This document shows, in pieces, positions 40,460-52,051 of a DNA stretch of 64,000 nucleotides (position 1 is the first letter of the stretch; each line of letters begins with the position of its first letter). Source of the DNA: an uncultured Fibrobacterota bacterium (GTDB lineage Bacteria; Fibrobacterota; Chitinivibrionia; Chitinivibrionales; CAYFVL01). Position numbers and translations under genes: made by a program. Below the pieces are notes generated by a model. That model did not search any database. It was given only the letters and a program-made list of their open reading frames with translations, and was not told where the DNA came from. The DNA is taken from contig CAYQOU010000002.1 of assembly GCA_964419255.1 (NCBI GenBank), positions 44,892 through 108,891 of the forward strand. The letters are read 5' to 3'.

Positions 40460-40725
40460 TTGCACCCTGTAGCTTCAGGATGCATTATCCGCCTGCCGTT
40501 TACCGCCCCCCTGGTCTCAACACCGTGTCATTGCTGAATATTTTCAATAACACCTTATCTAATTTACACGATTACAACCGAAAATGCCTGTGTTTTTTGA
40601 AAAAAAAACCAATTTATAGCCGATGGCCCCATTTGTATGCCGAAAATGGTCGACTACAGGAGATATTAACCCCCCTCTTTCTTTGCGACTGCCCCGCTAC
40701 CGGCCAAATATGCAGGAAGAAATCA

Positions 40726-42519
40726 TCACTCCCATTCGATTGTGCCTGGCGGCTTGTGGGTTATATCGAAGAAGATGTCGCCTACCCCGCGAAGCTTCTC
40801 GACCTGCTCCACGATCCTGGAAACAGTCGATTCCCTCAAAGGCATGAAACGTGCCGTCATTGCCTCTTGTGATCTGACAGGACGCAATACCACACACTCA
40901 TTTCCATCCCCGTTTATCAGAGGCAGCAAAACAACCGGCATCTGCCAGATTTCCCCGTATTCACCTGAATCATACAGGGTCTCTGTAACGATATTATCTA
41001 CGGCACGAAGCTTATCCAGACGTTCCTTTGTTATATATGCTTCAATCAGCTGATAATCGGGCTGCCCCACTGTGTTTATTCCCAACACTACCCGGTTTAT
41101 ACCCGCGATGGAATTTGTGATGCTTGTCGAAAGCTGCTCCAGAAAGGCCCAGTCGCGCTTACCTACCAGCAAAGCAGGATGAGCGTAGCTTCTCTCGTCC
41201 CCCTGGACCCCGACACTACAAACGGGCAACACATACCCCTTGTAACCGGCGCCAGATGCCAACTGCTCCACCTGCCGGCGTATTTCGGAATCAATTTCCA
41301 TCGGTTTGCCATCCGAACACAAGGTACGCACCCCTAAGCCCGGCCCGGGGAAAGGATGGCGCCATACCAGTTTCTTCGGCAGTCCCAGTTTTTCCCCAAG
41401 CATACGCACTTCGTCTTTATATAGCTGAGCCAATGGTTCGATTATCAGCCCTCTTTCGATCATCTCCAGTATGATATCGACTCTGTTGTGATGAGTCTTT
41501 ATTTTATCCGCATGTTCCGTCCCCGCACTCTCGATAGTGTCGGGATAAATTGTTCCCTGCCCCAGAAGCCACTCATCGGTATTGAGCCCGAGCCGCTTCT
41601 GTTCGTTTTGCTGAACAGACAGGAAAGTGTTACCAATAATTGTTCTTTTCTGCTCCGGATCGCAAACACCCTTTAACGCATCGAGAAACTCATCGCCGGC
41701 ATCTACAGAATGCAGATTATGAAAACCATGCTCATCCATATATTCAGCGATATCACGAGATTCCCAGTGACGCATCAGACCGTTATCCACATGCAGCCCC
41801 AGAACACGTTCCGGGCCGAGAGTCTTGTTTAGAAGAGTAAAGGCGACGGTCGAATCCACACCTCCCGACACCAGAAGAAAGACTCTACGTTCACCACAAT
41901 CTCTGCGGAGATTTTCAGATATTTCGGACAGAAAACCGTTAGGATCCCACTGACGCCTGACACCGCACTCATCAATAAAATCGGACAACAGCTTCATGCC
42001 GTTAGGGGTATCTGTCACTTCCGGATGGAACTGAAGGCCGTAAAAATGGCGTGAGGGATCTCCAACCGCCGCAGTCTCACAATCGGGGGTTGAGCCAAAT
42101 ATGGTAAATCCCGGCGGCAGTTTCTCAACCGCATCCCCATGACTCATCCATATCTGCTGAGTACCGTTAAAACTCTTGAAGATTCCTTCGTCAGACGGTA
42201 TATCTATATTGGCGACACCATATTCCCGCTGATGGCCTCTGCAGACGGTACCTCCGAGCATCTTCGCCATAAGCTGGTGCCCGTAACAGAGTCCGAGTAT
42301 CGGAATGCCTAAGCCAAAGACCCCCACATCCACCGACGGACTTTTTCCATTCAGTACACTGTGAGGACTACCGGAGAGGATGATGCCTTTGAATCGGGTC
42401 AGATCCGTAAGATTTGTATTGGAAGAAACGATCTCTGAATAAGCACCCAATCTTCTTATTCTGTTGGCAATCAGATGGGTGTACTGACCACCAAAGTCAA
42501 TAATTGCAATAGTATCCAT
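40726..42519 (-). CDS. guaA: GMP synthase (glutamine-hydrolysing), long form
   Basis: IDFGGQY, LCYGHQ, FHPEV, SGGVDS, IKTHHN, HPFPGPG, KPPGTIEWE. Confidence 0.96.
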   Translation of the reverse strand: MDTIAIIDFGGQYTHLIANRIRRLGAYSEIVSSNTNLTDLTRFKGIILSGSPHSVLNGKSPSVDVGVFGLGIPILGLCYGHQLMAKMLGGTVCRGHQREYGVANIDIPSDEGIFKSFNGTQQIWMSHGDAVEKLPPGFTIFGSTPDCETAAVGDPSRHFYGLQFHPEVTDTPNGMKLLSDFIDECGVRRQWDPNGFLSEISENLRRDCGERRVFLLVSGGVDSTVAFTLLNKTLGPERVLGLHVDNGLMRHWESRDIAEYMDEHGFHNLHSVDAGDEFLDALKGVCDPEQKRTIIGNTFLSVQQNEQKRLGLNTDEWLLGQGTIYPDTIESAGTEHADKIKTHHNRVDIILEMIERGLIIEPLAQLYKDEVRMLGEKLGLPKKLVWRHPFPGPGLGVRTLCSDGKPMEIDSEIRRQVEQLASGAGYKGYVLPVCSVGVQGDERSYAHPALLVGKRDWAFLEQLSTSITNSIAGINRVVLGINTVGQPDYQLIEAYITKERLDKLRAVDNIVTETLYDSGEYGEIWQMPVVLLPLINGDGNECVVLRPVRSQEAMTARFMPLRESTVSRIVEQVEKLRGVGDIFFDITHKPPGTIEWE

Positions 42520-42639
42520 ATGGTGGAAAAATAATTTCTGCGCATCGTCTCAATGCCCCCATATTGTGTTCGTATGATGTGCAATGTGCTATTTTACCTT
42601 ATGATCGGTTATAGTAGTTCTCTGAAACAGGAGTAATAC

Positions 42640-43200
42640 ATGTCTGAGCAAAACATACGTAAACCAATATCCAATTTCTTCATAAAACGATCGATCCAGT
42701 TTTCCATTATCGGCAAAACATTTCTGATCGTGCTGATTTCCGTGCTCCTGACAACGGTGGTTCTTTCTCTGGTGTATAATGCCCAGTCGCAAGGCGGCAG
42801 TTTTTACTACATGAGCAATAATATTATGGAGGACCTGGCCCTTCACAGCCTGTTGGGTCTTATTCTCCCGGCCCTCATAGTAGCGCAAACGGTAACCATT
42901 CTCATTGCAATAGGTATCGGCCTGTTCTCGTCCCGAAAAGTTGCCGTTCCGATCTACAAGATAGAAAAGTGGGCAAGCCAGCTCAAACAGGGCAAGTTAA
43001 ACACCCATCTGGCATTCCGCGAACAACGCCAGATGCGAGACTTAACCGTTCAGTGTAACGCAGCCGTGGATAAGTATTGTGACATCTTCAAAGAAATCGA
43101 ACGATCGATCAACCGAATAGAAAACACTGACGACTGCCCTCAGGATGTGCAAAAAGAGATACAGAGTATCCGAAAGACTCTCACAACCCTCAACTACTAG
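42640..43200 (+). CDS. Small 2-TM HAMP-domain membrane protein
   Basis: AGGAG RBS; FFIKRSIQ N-terminus, two TM helices, SRKVAVPIYKIE HAMP pattern. Confidence 0.75.
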   Translation: MSEQNIRKPISNFFIKRSIQFSIIGKTFLIVLISVLLTTVVLSLVYNAQSQGGSFYYMSNNIMEDLALHSLLGLILPALIVAQTVTILIAIGIGLFSSRKVAVPIYKIEKWASQLKQGKLNTHLAFREQRQMRDLTVQCNAAVDKYCDIFKEIERSINRIENTDDCPQDVQKEIQSIRKTLTTLNY

Positions 43201-43238
43201 TTCGGCACACAAGCAGTGCCGCCCTGCCGGGCGTACAT

Positions 43239-43272
43239 AAAAAAAGGAGACCACATACCCGGTCTCCTTTTT
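43239..43272. terminator. Bidirectional intrinsic terminator
   Basis: A-tract-GGAGACC-loop-GGTCTCC-T-tract between convergent genes. Confidence 0.85.
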
Positions 43273-43292
43273 CACATTACTTTGATGGTTTT

Positions 43293-44450
43293 CTAGGTGA
43301 ACATATCCTTTGCACGTTCAAAAACTGTCTTCGTTTTTTTCTCGACCTGGGACAAACGTTCGAAAATTTCCTTTTCTTCTTTGGATATTTTCTGTGGTGT
43401 GCGCACATGAACTTTCACCAACTGATCGCCTTTCTCCGAGCGATGCAGCACGGGCAGTCCCTTTCCCCGCAATCTGAAGATCTTTTCGGATTGGGTGCCG
43501 GCTGGAATCTTCAGACTCACCTTACCATCCAGGGTCGGAACAGTTTTGGCTGTTCCCAGAGCGGCTTCGGAAAAGGTAATGTCGATCTCGCAGAAAAGAT
43601 CGATGCCATGCCTCTCGAAAAACTCATCCTTTTTCTCCTGGATAAGAACGATAAGATCGCCGGAAGGTCCCCCATTCGGACCGACATCGCCCTTACCGGG
43701 AACGGAAAGATAATTACCCTCCGCTACTCCCGCCGGAATGTCCACACTGACCGTTGTCTCGGCCTGCTCCCGTCCGCTTCCCTGGCAATTTGAGCATGGG
43801 TTCTGGATAATCTGCCCCTCACCGCGACATTTCGGACACACCGTCTCCTGGACAACCTGCCCGAAAAAGGAATTCGCAACCTGGCGAACCCGTCCGGCAC
43901 CGCCGCATTGGGAGCATGTTTTCTTATCGCCTGTTTCGGAACCCGAGCCGTTACAGACATGACAGCGCTCCTTGCGCCGAACCTTCAGTTTTTTCTCAAC
44001 CCCCTGGCTTATCTCCTGAAGACTCAGTGAGAGACGAAGCTGAAGATCGTTTCCGCGCTGCCCGCCTGCCTGTGCTCTTCTTGCTCTGCCACCCCCAAAC
44101 CCAAACAGATCCGAAAAAACCGAGTCACCACCGAAATCGTTCATGAAGGCGCGTAAGGCATCAGAAATATCGAATCCGGCTCCACCGAATCCACCATAGC
44201 CGCCATAGCCCCCGCCGGCACCCTGCTCAAATGCCGCATGCCCGAACTGGTCGTATTGCGCCCTTTTTTTTGCATCCTTCAGAATCTCATAGGCTTCGGT
44301 AGCTTCACGGAATTTCTCCTCCGCCTCCTTGTTGCCCGGATTCTTATCCGGATGATATTTGACTGCCTGCTTGCGATATGCTTTTTTTATCTCATCTTCA
44401 CTTGCACCCTTACTCAGGCCAAGAACTTCATAATAGTCACGTTTGGGCAT
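43293..44450 (-). CDS. dnaJ: Chaperone DnaJ
   Basis: J domain HPD, G/F region, four CxxCxGxG repeats. Confidence 0.98.
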   Translation of the reverse strand: MPKRDYYEVLGLSKGASEDEIKKAYRKQAVKYHPDKNPGNKEAEEKFREATEAYEILKDAKKRAQYDQFGHAAFEQGAGGGYGGYGGFGGAGFDISDALRAFMNDFGGDSVFSDLFGFGGGRARRAQAGGQRGNDLQLRLSLSLQEISQGVEKKLKVRRKERCHVCNGSGSETGDKKTCSQCGGAGRVRQVANSFFGQVVQETVCPKCRGEGQIIQNPCSNCQGSGREQAETTVSVDIPAGVAEGNYLSVPGKGDVGPNGGPSGDLIVLIQEKKDEFFERHGIDLFCEIDITFSEAALGTAKTVPTLDGKVSLKIPAGTQSEKIFRLRGKGLPVLHRSEKGDQLVKVHVRTPQKISKEEKEIFERLSQVEKKTKTVFERAKDMFT

Positions 44451-44460
44451 ATTTCCTCTA

Positions 44461-44573
44461 ATCCTGTTTCAAGTACCTGCTCGAGATCGTTGATGCAAAA
44501 ATAGTGGTTCGGAGGCGGCCAAAGCCACCCCCGAACAAATTTTCTTCTCTGCATCCATACACCGGCACAGGAT
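44461..44573 (-). other. Long nested stem-loop between dnaK and dnaJ
   Basis: ATCCTGT/ACAGGAT, GATGCA/TGCATC and a 13-bp GTTCGGGGGTGGC/GCCGCCTCCGAAC stem. Confidence 0.6.
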
Positions 44574-44574
44574 T

Positions 44575-46518
44575 TTACTTATCATCGACCTCTTCAAAGT
44601 CGGCTTCAACAGCACCGTCGCCTTTGTCTTTATCACTGGACTGTTCGGCCTGCTGATCACCGCCGGCACCCGCCTGAGCCCCCTGCTGAGCACCACCGGC
44701 ACCTCCCTGAGCCTGCGCCTGTTTGTACATTTCCTCGGCCATCTTGTGGGAAGATTTCATGAGCGCATCCATGCTGTCTTTGATAGCCTGAATATCTTCA
44801 CCCTTCACCTTCTCCTTCAAATCCTCGAGGGCCGAGGTAATTTTCGATTTATCTTCATCCGATATTTTGTCCCCGGCTTCGGATAATGTCTTCTCCGTCT
44901 GGAAAATCAGCTGATCCGCCTGGTTTTTCACATCCACTTTTTCGCGCTCGGCCTTGTCCTTCTCAGCATTTGCCTCCGCATCCTTAACCATCTTCTGGAT
45001 TTCTTCTTCGGATAGACCGCTGGAGGATTCGATGCGAATCTGCTGACTCTTTCCGGTACCAAGATCCTTGGCCGACACGTGCAGAATACCATTGTTGTCG
45101 ATATCGAAACTTACCTCAATCTGTGGAACACCGCGAGGTGCAGGCGGCAGGCCGACCAGGTCGAATTTCCCCAGCAGCCTGTTATGCGCAGCCATCTCGC
45201 GCTCACCCTGATAGACCATAATCGACACCGCGGTCTGATTGTCGGCGGCCGTGGAAAAAACCTGACTCTTCTTGGTGGGTATGGTGGTATTGCGCTCAAT
45301 CAGCCTGGTCATCACTCCGCCAAGCGTCTCGATACCCAGCGAAAGCGGCGTCACATCCAGCAACAGCACATCTTTAACCGATTCGTCACCACCGAGGATA
45401 GCACCCTGAATGGCAGCCCCCACCGCTACCACCTCATCGGGATTTACCCCCTTATGAGGCGCCTTTCCGAAAAACTTCTCCACCGCCTCCTGCACCGCCG
45501 GTACACGAGTGGAGCCACCCACCAGGATGACTTCCTTAATTTCACTCAGGTCTACCTTGGCGTCGGCCACAGCTTTTTTACACGGGTCGATTGAACGCTG
45601 GATCAGATCGGCAACCAGAGACTCGAATTTCGCCCGGGTTATGGTTACGTCGAGATGTTTGGGACCGCTTGCATCGGCGGTGATAAAAGGAAGGTTGACA
45701 TTTGTCTGCACAGCGGTTGACAATTCACACTTGGCTTTTTCCGCAGCCTCTTTGAGACGCTGCAGAGCCATTCGATCCTGACGAAGATCTATGGTGTTTT
45801 CTTTTTTGAATTCGTCGGCGATATAGTCTATCAGTTTTTGATCGAAATCATCACCACCAAGATGAGTATCTCCATTGGTGGCCTTAACCTCAAAGACCCC
45901 TTCTCCGATTTCCAGAATGGAGATATCGAATGTCCCCCCTCCCAGGTCATAGACTGCAACTATTTCGTTGCCCTTCTTATCCAGGCCATAGGCAAGGGAT
46001 GCCGCAGTGGGTTCGTTTACGATTCGCTTGACATCCAGCCCCGCGATCCGGCCTGCATCTTTTGTTGCCTGACGCTGAGAGTCGTTAAAGTAGGCGGGAA
46101 CGGTAATCACCGCCTCGGTGACCTCCTGACCAAGATAATCCTCTGCGGATTTTTTCAGGTACTGAAGTATCATGGCGGAGATTTCCGGTGGAGTATACTC
46201 TTTGTCGTTTGCCTGCACTTTCACCAGCTCCTGAGGTCCGCCGACGATTTTGTAGGGGACGATCTTCTCTTCGCTTTCGACTTCAACGTGCCTGCGCCCC
46301 ATAAAACGCTTGATTGAGAAAATCGTGTTGTCGGGGTTGGTGATCGCTTGTCGACGGGCAATGGAACCGGTAAGCCGCTCATTGCCTTTTGTGAAGGCAA
46401 CAACCGACGGGGTTGTCCGCCCGCCTTCAGGGTTGGGTATTACGACCGGCTTTCCACCCTCCATCACTGCGACACAGGAGTTTGTCGTTCCCAGATCAAT
46501 TCCAATAATCTTTCCCAT
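44575..46518 (-). CDS. dnaK: Chaperone DnaK
   Basis: [25 protein letters not shown]. Confidence 0.99.
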   Translation of the reverse strand: MGKIIGIDLGTTNSCVAVMEGGKPVVIPNPEGGRTTPSVVAFTKGNERLTGSIARRQAITNPDNTIFSIKRFMGRRHVEVESEEKIVPYKIVGGPQELVKVQANDKEYTPPEISAMILQYLKKSAEDYLGQEVTEAVITVPAYFNDSQRQATKDAGRIAGLDVKRIVNEPTAASLAYGLDKKGNEIVAVYDLGGGTFDISILEIGEGVFEVKATNGDTHLGGDDFDQKLIDYIADEFKKENTIDLRQDRMALQRLKEAAEKAKCELSTAVQTNVNLPFITADASGPKHLDVTITRAKFESLVADLIQRSIDPCKKAVADAKVDLSEIKEVILVGGSTRVPAVQEAVEKFFGKAPHKGVNPDEVVAVGAAIQGAILGGDESVKDVLLLDVTPLSLGIETLGGVMTRLIERNTTIPTKKSQVFSTAADNQTAVSIMVYQGEREMAAHNRLLGKFDLVGLPPAPRGVPQIEVSFDIDNNGILHVSAKDLGTGKSQQIRIESSSGLSEEEIQKMVKDAEANAEKDKAEREKVDVKNQADQLIFQTEKTLSEAGDKISDEDKSKITSALEDLKEKVKGEDIQAIKDSMDALMKSSHKMAEEMYKQAQAQGGAGGAQQGAQAGAGGDQQAEQSSDKDKGDGAVEADFEEVDDK

Positions 46519-46557
46519 AGCCTACTCCTTCGGGTTGTATTTCAAGGTTTCAGATTT

Positions 46558-47223
46558 CTATTCTTCCGCGCTCTCGGTTTCCTGGGCATCAGACTGTTGG
46601 CCGCTCGAAACGATCACTTTTGCGTGTTTTACGACATGATTCTTGAGCCGATAGCCTTTTTCATATATTTGTGCAATATGATTTTCGGGTATCTCAGCAT
46701 GCGGCATCTTCATCATGGCATCATGGATCTCCGGATCGAACTGATCTCCCACCTCGGTAAATGCTGTCAGTCCATTTTTCTCAAGAACGTCATTGAATTT
46801 GTTGAAAATAAGTTTTATACCATCGAAAAAACGGGTGAAATCGGAGTTCTGTTCCCCGGCCGTCATGGCTCGGTCGAAATTTTCCCGCACGTCAATCAGT
46901 TCCACCATCAGTTTTTCGTTGGCCGACTCCACCAGCTTCTCAAATTCCCGTGCGGTGCGACGTTTGTAATTGTCAAACTCTGCCATCAGGCGAATATAGC
47001 GTTCCTTCTGTGCATCAAGCTCCTGCCTGATCTTGTCCAAGGATTGCTCTTCCTCCTCTATCTGCTCCAGAATCTTTTCTTCAGCCTCTCCCTGAATGCC
47101 TTCGGCTTCTTTCTGCTCTGCGGATGGCTGCTGATTTTGGAGACTTTCCGTCTGCTCCTGCGGTGTTTCTTTTTTTGAAGAATTGTTTTCTTTTGTGTCT
47201 TTTTTTGTGTCTTTTTTTGCCAT
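46558..47223 (-). CDS. grpE: Nucleotide exchange factor GrpE
   Basis: RLMAEFDNYKRR, FDPEIHDA, GYRL. Confidence 0.96.
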   Translation of the reverse strand: MAKKDTKKDTKENNSSKKETPQEQTESLQNQQPSAEQKEAEGIQGEAEEKILEQIEEEEQSLDKIRQELDAQKERYIRLMAEFDNYKRRTAREFEKLVESANEKLMVELIDVRENFDRAMTAGEQNSDFTRFFDGIKLIFNKFNDVLEKNGLTAFTEVGDQFDPEIHDAMMKMPHAEIPENHIAQIYEKGYRLKNHVVKHAKVIVSSGQQSDAQETESAEE

Positions 47224-47255
47224 ACTCTACCTCTAATCAGTTTATAGTATCCTGT

Positions 47256-48299
47256 TTATGAGTATAGTTCGTCAAGCGTTCGCGCCGTGTAATCAACCGC
47301 AGAGACAAGCAGCGGGTAAGGCATTCGCTTCGGGCCGATTACCCCTAAGCTTCCCTCCATATTGCCTATCTGATACTTGGTCTTGACAATACTAAAAGAA
47401 CTGAATTGTCCGTTTTCTATTTCCCCGCCAATTGAAACAATCACCCGACCACTTTCACACGATTGTGTGTCAACCAAATGCATAAGCAGATTCTTTTCTT
47501 CCAGAATCTCGATTATGGCACCGACTTTTTCCTTGTCAAAGAATTCTGGCTGCAGCAATATGTTTGTCTCACCCTGGGTGTAAATCTCCTCACTATCACT
47601 TTCGGCGATAAGCCTCTTTATCGAAGGTACAAACAGACGAATAACACCCAGCTGACATTTCTCAATATCAGAAAATGCCTGATCGCCCGCTTTACACATA
47701 TCAAGCAGTGTCATTCCCTGAAACCGCTCATTGATAAGCTGACAGACCAGCGACAGCTGTTGGGGGTCCACCTGAGACCGGATTTCCACGACGACCGTTT
47801 TGACGAACCCGCTGTCGATAGTCAGATTCATCAAAAAGCGCCCTCCGCCGATCTCATGAATATACACGTGTCGAAACACCGCACTGTGAAGGCGGGGGGC
47901 AAGAATTATCCCCAGCTGCCGGGTCGCCTTACTCAAGGCGCGCGAAGTCGCTTCCATCACCATGTGCAGATCTGACGGATCGATCAGCTTCAGCTCCTTT
48001 TTTATGCCACTCTGAAGCTCGGGAGTAAGATACTCACAATCCATCACATTATCCACGTAGTAGCGATACCCCTTGTCGGTCGGCACTCGTCCGGCCGAAG
48101 TATGAGGATGGGTTATAAAGCCCTTCTCCTCCAGATCGCCCATTACATTTCTGACAGTCGCCGCGGATAAACTAAATCCGGGCTGCTTCGCAATGAAGCG
48201 TGAGCTGGTCGGATTCGCACTGAGAATATAGTTACGGACAATCGTCTGAAGTATCCGCTCTTCTCTGTCTGATAGATTCTTTCTGCTCTCCATATTCAT
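47256..48299 (-). CDS. hrcA: Heat-inducible transcription repressor HrcA
   Basis: SAATVRNVM.DLE, PHTSAGRVPTDKGYRYYVD, GVIGPKRM; start at 48299 or 48293. Confidence 0.96.
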   Translation of the reverse strand: MNMESRKNLSDREERILQTIVRNYILSANPTSSRFIAKQPGFSLSAATVRNVMGDLEEKGFITHPHTSAGRVPTDKGYRYYVDNVMDCEYLTPELQSGIKKELKLIDPSDLHMVMEATSRALSKATRQLGIILAPRLHSAVFRHVYIHEIGGGRFLMNLTIDSGFVKTVVVEIRSQVDPQQLSLVCQLINERFQGMTLLDMCKAGDQAFSDIEKCQLGVIRLFVPSIKRLIAESDSEEIYTQGETNILLQPEFFDKEKVGAIIEILEEKNLLMHLVDTQSCESGRVIVSIGGEIENGQFSSFSIVKTKYQIGNMEGSLGVIGPKRMPYPLLVSAVDYTARTLDELYS

Positions 48300-48319
48300 A
48301 GCAATTAAAACCACGAAAC

Positions 48320-48347
48320 GCCATGGGGGTCTTTTTGCCCCCATGGC
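48320..48347 (-). terminator. Hairpin/attenuating terminator after groEL
   Basis: GCCATGGGGG-loop-CCCCATGGC followed by an interrupted U-rich tail. Confidence 0.65.
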
Positions 48348-48378
48348 ATTCTGAACTAAGGTACACAGGGGCCAGGTC

Positions 48379-50046
48379 TTACATCATACCACCCATACCG
48401 CCCATACCGCCCATGCCGCCCATACCACCCATGCCACCCATGTCGGGAGCACCGGCAGCATCTTTTTCTTCTTTGGGCTTTTCTGAGACGATACACTCCG
48501 TAGTCAGAACCAGTGATGCAATACTTGCAGCATTCTCCAAAGCGGTACGAGTGACCTTGGTCGGATCGATAACTCCGGCCTTCACCAAGTCTTCGTATTC
48601 CTCGGTGTATGCATTGTACCCAAAAGCGCCTTTTCCATTTTTCACCTCGTTTGCAACCACGGAAGGCTCCTGGCCGGCATTGGATATGATCATACGCAAC
48701 GGCTCCTCGATAGCACGTTTGATGATATCGACGCCGACTTTCTCATCCCCGGAGAGCTTCAGATCGTCCAGCACCTTGCTTGCACGAATCAACGCAACAC
48801 CACCACCGGCGACAATACCCTCTTCGACAGCCGCACGTGTGGCATGCAGTGCATCTTCGACTCGCGCCTTCTTCTCTTTCATTTCGGTCTCGGTTGCAGC
48901 ACCGATATTTATTACCGCAACACCACCGGCCAGCTTGGCCAGACGCTCCTGAAGCTTTTCACGATCGTAATCGGAGGTGGTTTCTTCTATCTGCCTGCGG
49001 ATCTGATTTACACGACCCTTGATATCTTCGGCTTTACCGGCACCCTCGATGATCGTGGTGTTCTCCTTTTCGATCGTCACACGCTTTGCCGAGCCCAACG
49101 AATCGACCGTGGTATTTTCCAGTTTGAAACCAGCCTCTTCACTGATCAGAATACCACCGGTGAGAACAGCGATATCTTCCAGCATCGCCTTGCGACGATC
49201 GCCAAATCCCGGAGCCTTCACCGCGGCAATCTTCAACGTTCCGCGAAGCTTGTTGACAACCAGAGTCGCCAGAGCCTCACCTTCGACATCCTCGGCGATG
49301 ATCAGAAGCTGCTTGCCCATCTGAGCAACCTTTTCCAGAAGCGGCAGCAGATCTTTCATGGCACTGATCTTCTTGTCGTGAATCAGGATAAGCGGCTCAT
49401 CCAGCACCGTCTCCATCGTCTCAGGATTGGTGACAAAGTACGGTGAGAGATACCCGCGATCAAACTGCATCCCCTCGACAACTTCCAGGTTTGTCTCGAT
49501 TCCCTTTGCTTCCTCCACCGTGATCACACCGTCTTTACCCACCTTTTCCATGGCACGAGCGATAAGATCACCGATTTCTTTGTCGTTGTTTGCGGAGATC
49601 GCACCAACCTGGGCAATTTCCTTCTGACCCGCCACTGTCTGTGAATCCTTCATGAGCTGATCGACAATCGCACGGACAGCCTGGTCGATACCACGCTTGA
49701 TTCCCATCGGATTTGCCCCGGCAGTCACATTCTTGAGACCGACACGTGCAATCACCTGTGCCAAAACGGTAGCAGTGGTCGTACCATCACCAGCCACATC
49801 ACTGGTCTTGGATGCGACCTCTTTAACCATCTGCGCCCCCATGTTCTCGAACTTGTCTTCCAGCTCAATCTCCTTAGCCACCGTCACACCGTCTTTTGTG
49901 ACAGTCGGCGAACCAAAGCTCTTGTCCAAAACGACATTGCGTCCTTTCGGTCCAAGGGTCACCTTCACGGCATTAGCAAGAGTATCGATACCGCGAAGCA
50001 GTTTATCTCGTGCAACTGTATCAAAAGCCAACTGTTTTCCAGCCAT
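48379..50046 (-). CDS. groL: Chaperonin GroEL
   Basis: [19 protein letters not shown] tail. Confidence 0.99.
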   Translation of the reverse strand: MAGKQLAFDTVARDKLLRGIDTLANAVKVTLGPKGRNVVLDKSFGSPTVTKDGVTVAKEIELEDKFENMGAQMVKEVASKTSDVAGDGTTTATVLAQVIARVGLKNVTAGANPMGIKRGIDQAVRAIVDQLMKDSQTVAGQKEIAQVGAISANNDKEIGDLIARAMEKVGKDGVITVEEAKGIETNLEVVEGMQFDRGYLSPYFVTNPETMETVLDEPLILIHDKKISAMKDLLPLLEKVAQMGKQLLIIAEDVEGEALATLVVNKLRGTLKIAAVKAPGFGDRRKAMLEDIAVLTGGILISEEAGFKLENTTVDSLGSAKRVTIEKENTTIIEGAGKAEDIKGRVNQIRRQIEETTSDYDREKLQERLAKLAGGVAVINIGAATETEMKEKKARVEDALHATRAAVEEGIVAGGGVALIRASKVLDDLKLSGDEKVGVDIIKRAIEEPLRMIISNAGQEPSVVANEVKNGKGAFGYNAYTEEYEDLVKAGVIDPTKVTRTALENAASIASLVLTTECIVSEKPKEEKDAAGAPDMGGMGGMGGMGGMGGMGGMM

Positions 50047-50104
50047 GGTGTATATCTCCTTTTTGAAATGTATCTGAAATTTGTTTTATCTGGGAATCAA
50101 TTAC

Positions 50105-50389
50105 TTAAAGAATCGCAAGAACATCGCTTTCACGCATGATAAGGTAATCGGTACCATCGATGGTTACTTCCGTACCGGAGTATTTCCCGTAGAGAACTTT
50201 ATCACCGGATTTGAGAGTCATACCGATTTTTTGACCATTGTCGGCGATTTTGCCGTCACCAACAGCAACCACTTCACCTTTCTGAGGCTTTTCTTTTGCA
50301 TTTTCCGGGATGATAATACCACCGGCGGTCTTCTCCTCTGCTTCAAGAGGCCTTACGATCACGCGGTCTGCCAATGGTTTGATGTTCAT
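50105..50389 (-). CDS. groS: Co-chaperonin GroES
   Basis: [21 protein letters not shown]. Confidence 0.99.
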   Translation of the reverse strand: MNIKPLADRVIVRPLEAEEKTAGGIIIPENAKEKPQKGEVVAVGDGKIADNGQKIGMTLKSGDKVLYGKYSGTEVTIDGTDYLIMRESDVLAIL

Positions 50390-50474
50390 ATCTTCCTCCT
50401 GTTGTAATTGTAGAAAATGTATTAATGTATTAACACGCAGTTGCTTTCGACTAATCCCTTAAGCAACGCACCCT

Positions 50475-50501
50475 TTAGCACTCAACATCAAAGAGTGCTA
50501 A
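50475..50501. promoter_or_regulatory. CIRCE element (HrcA operator)
   Basis: Perfect TTAGCACTC-N9-GAGTGCTAA. Confidence 0.97.
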
Positions 50502-50502
50502 C

Positions 50503-50531
50503 AAATTATATGATTTTAATGGTGGTGTCAA
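50503..50531 (-). promoter_or_regulatory. groES promoter
   Basis: Minus strand TTGACA, then TATAAT at 15 bp or TAATTT at 17 bp, directly upstream of CIRCE. Confidence 0.75.
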
Positions 50532-50612
50532 GAAAAAAATATTCGTTTCGAAAAAAAAGTGTGTCGTTAAGGAGTTGGTTTTTATGACCGATATACGGTA
50601 TAATGGAAGTAT

Positions 50613-51869
50613 GTGTTACCCGAATTGAAACGGCCTGTCATGAATTTTTTGGTTTCCTACCTTGAGAAGCTTGGTATATCGCAAAAAGAACGCCAAATAC
50701 TGCTGCGTGTGTTTGTTATCAGCTTCACCGTCAGCATCTGCTGCGTTGCCACCATATGGCTCATATCTTTTTTAAGACAAAAAAGGGCTCAACATGCGAT
50801 AGTAGAGAACCAAACAGACATACCACCTCATGCAACCAAACGTACCAAAGGTTTTGATCTGCAGTCTGTCGATATCCGTGCCCATCGCTATGCCGCCGAC
50901 TACTTTTCCTCCACAAACCAACCACTGCATGCGATATCTCACTACCAACGTATTCTTCAAGCCAGACCGCAAGATATACACGCTTCCCTGGCCCTGGCTA
51001 CCACTTACATGGAAGGCGGCCTTTTTGAAGAATCGATACAACTCTTTGAGAAGCTTTTGCAATTTGATAATCAAGACAGCCTGCTCTGTGTAATTGAGGC
51101 CCGATATGGCCTCGCCCTTTTTCATAGCGGCCAGGTACGGAAAAGCATCTCCAGGCTTGAAGAGTGCCTCAAGAGATGTCCGCATAATGCTGAAGCTGCA
51201 TGCTTTCGGGGGCAGGTGGAAGCATCGGTGAATCCAGGATCATCCAAAACAATCGATTACTTCACTCACGCAATTGCGCTGGATTCGAACTACACCGAAG
51301 CACCTTACCAGCTTGCCAGGTATCTTATGAACAGACCACAGGCAAGTCGTGCCGATCTAATTCGGTCACGCGATAATCTTTTACGAGTCCTGACGCTCGA
51401 GCCACTTCACGCCAAAGCACACTCACGGCTGGGAATGGTTTATTATTACCTTCAGCAACCAGCCCCCGCTCAGAAATCCTACGAGACTGCCCTTGCACTC
51501 AATCCGCAAGATTACAATACACATTTCAACCTCGGCGAGCTGTATTTTACTACCTGGGATAATGAGGCGGATGCCCTTCGATCATTCAAACGCACGGTTG
51601 AGCTGAAAAAGGATCATACCAGGGCCAATTTTCGCATAGGTCTGATCTCTTTGCGAAACAGTATGAAACGCGAGGCTGTTTATTATCTTGAACAAGCGCA
51701 TAAAAGCGATCCGGAGGACATTAGGATTCTTCTGCAGCTTGCAGTTGCCTATGAGCGCCTGGGCGTACGCGACAAAGCGATTCAAAAATATCGCCAGATC
51801 CTTTCCCTGGACTCTCTTAACGATATCGCCCGACATAAGCTTCTTTTACTGCAAGATAACAACAATTGA
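50613..51869 (+). CDS. Membrane-anchored TPR protein
   Basis: N-terminal TM helix, multiple canonical TPRs; start 50613 or 50640. Confidence 0.85.
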   Translation: MLPELKRPVMNFLVSYLEKLGISQKERQILLRVFVISFTVSICCVATIWLISFLRQKRAQHAIVENQTDIPPHATKRTKGFDLQSVDIRAHRYAADYFSSTNQPLHAISHYQRILQARPQDIHASLALATTYMEGGLFEESIQLFEKLLQFDNQDSLLCVIEARYGLALFHSGQVRKSISRLEECLKRCPHNAEAACFRGQVEASVNPGSSKTIDYFTHAIALDSNYTEAPYQLARYLMNRPQASRADLIRSRDNLLRVLTLEPLHAKAHSRLGMVYYYLQQPAPAQKSYETALALNPQDYNTHFNLGELYFTTWDNEADALRSFKRTVELKKDHTRANFRIGLISLRNSMKREAVYYLEQAHKSDPEDIRILLQLAVAYERLGVRDKAIQKYRQILSLDSLNDIARHKLLLLQDNNN

Positions 51870-52051
51870 CGCAATTCACTGTAAAAGAATAAGTTCCGAC
51901 AAAAAAGACTTGACCTTTCAGCGTTTTAGGATATATTCTTATGATGGATACGAAACAGAAACACGGTTTTCAATATCCGATTGATTTAACCTAAGCTACA
52001 CAACCATTTACTATATCAGGTTTACTATATCAGATAAAGAGATTTAGAACT

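Noticed and set aside
48380-48442. Tandem 9-bp repeats at the groEL end
   Set aside because: Ordinary GGM tail of GroEL.
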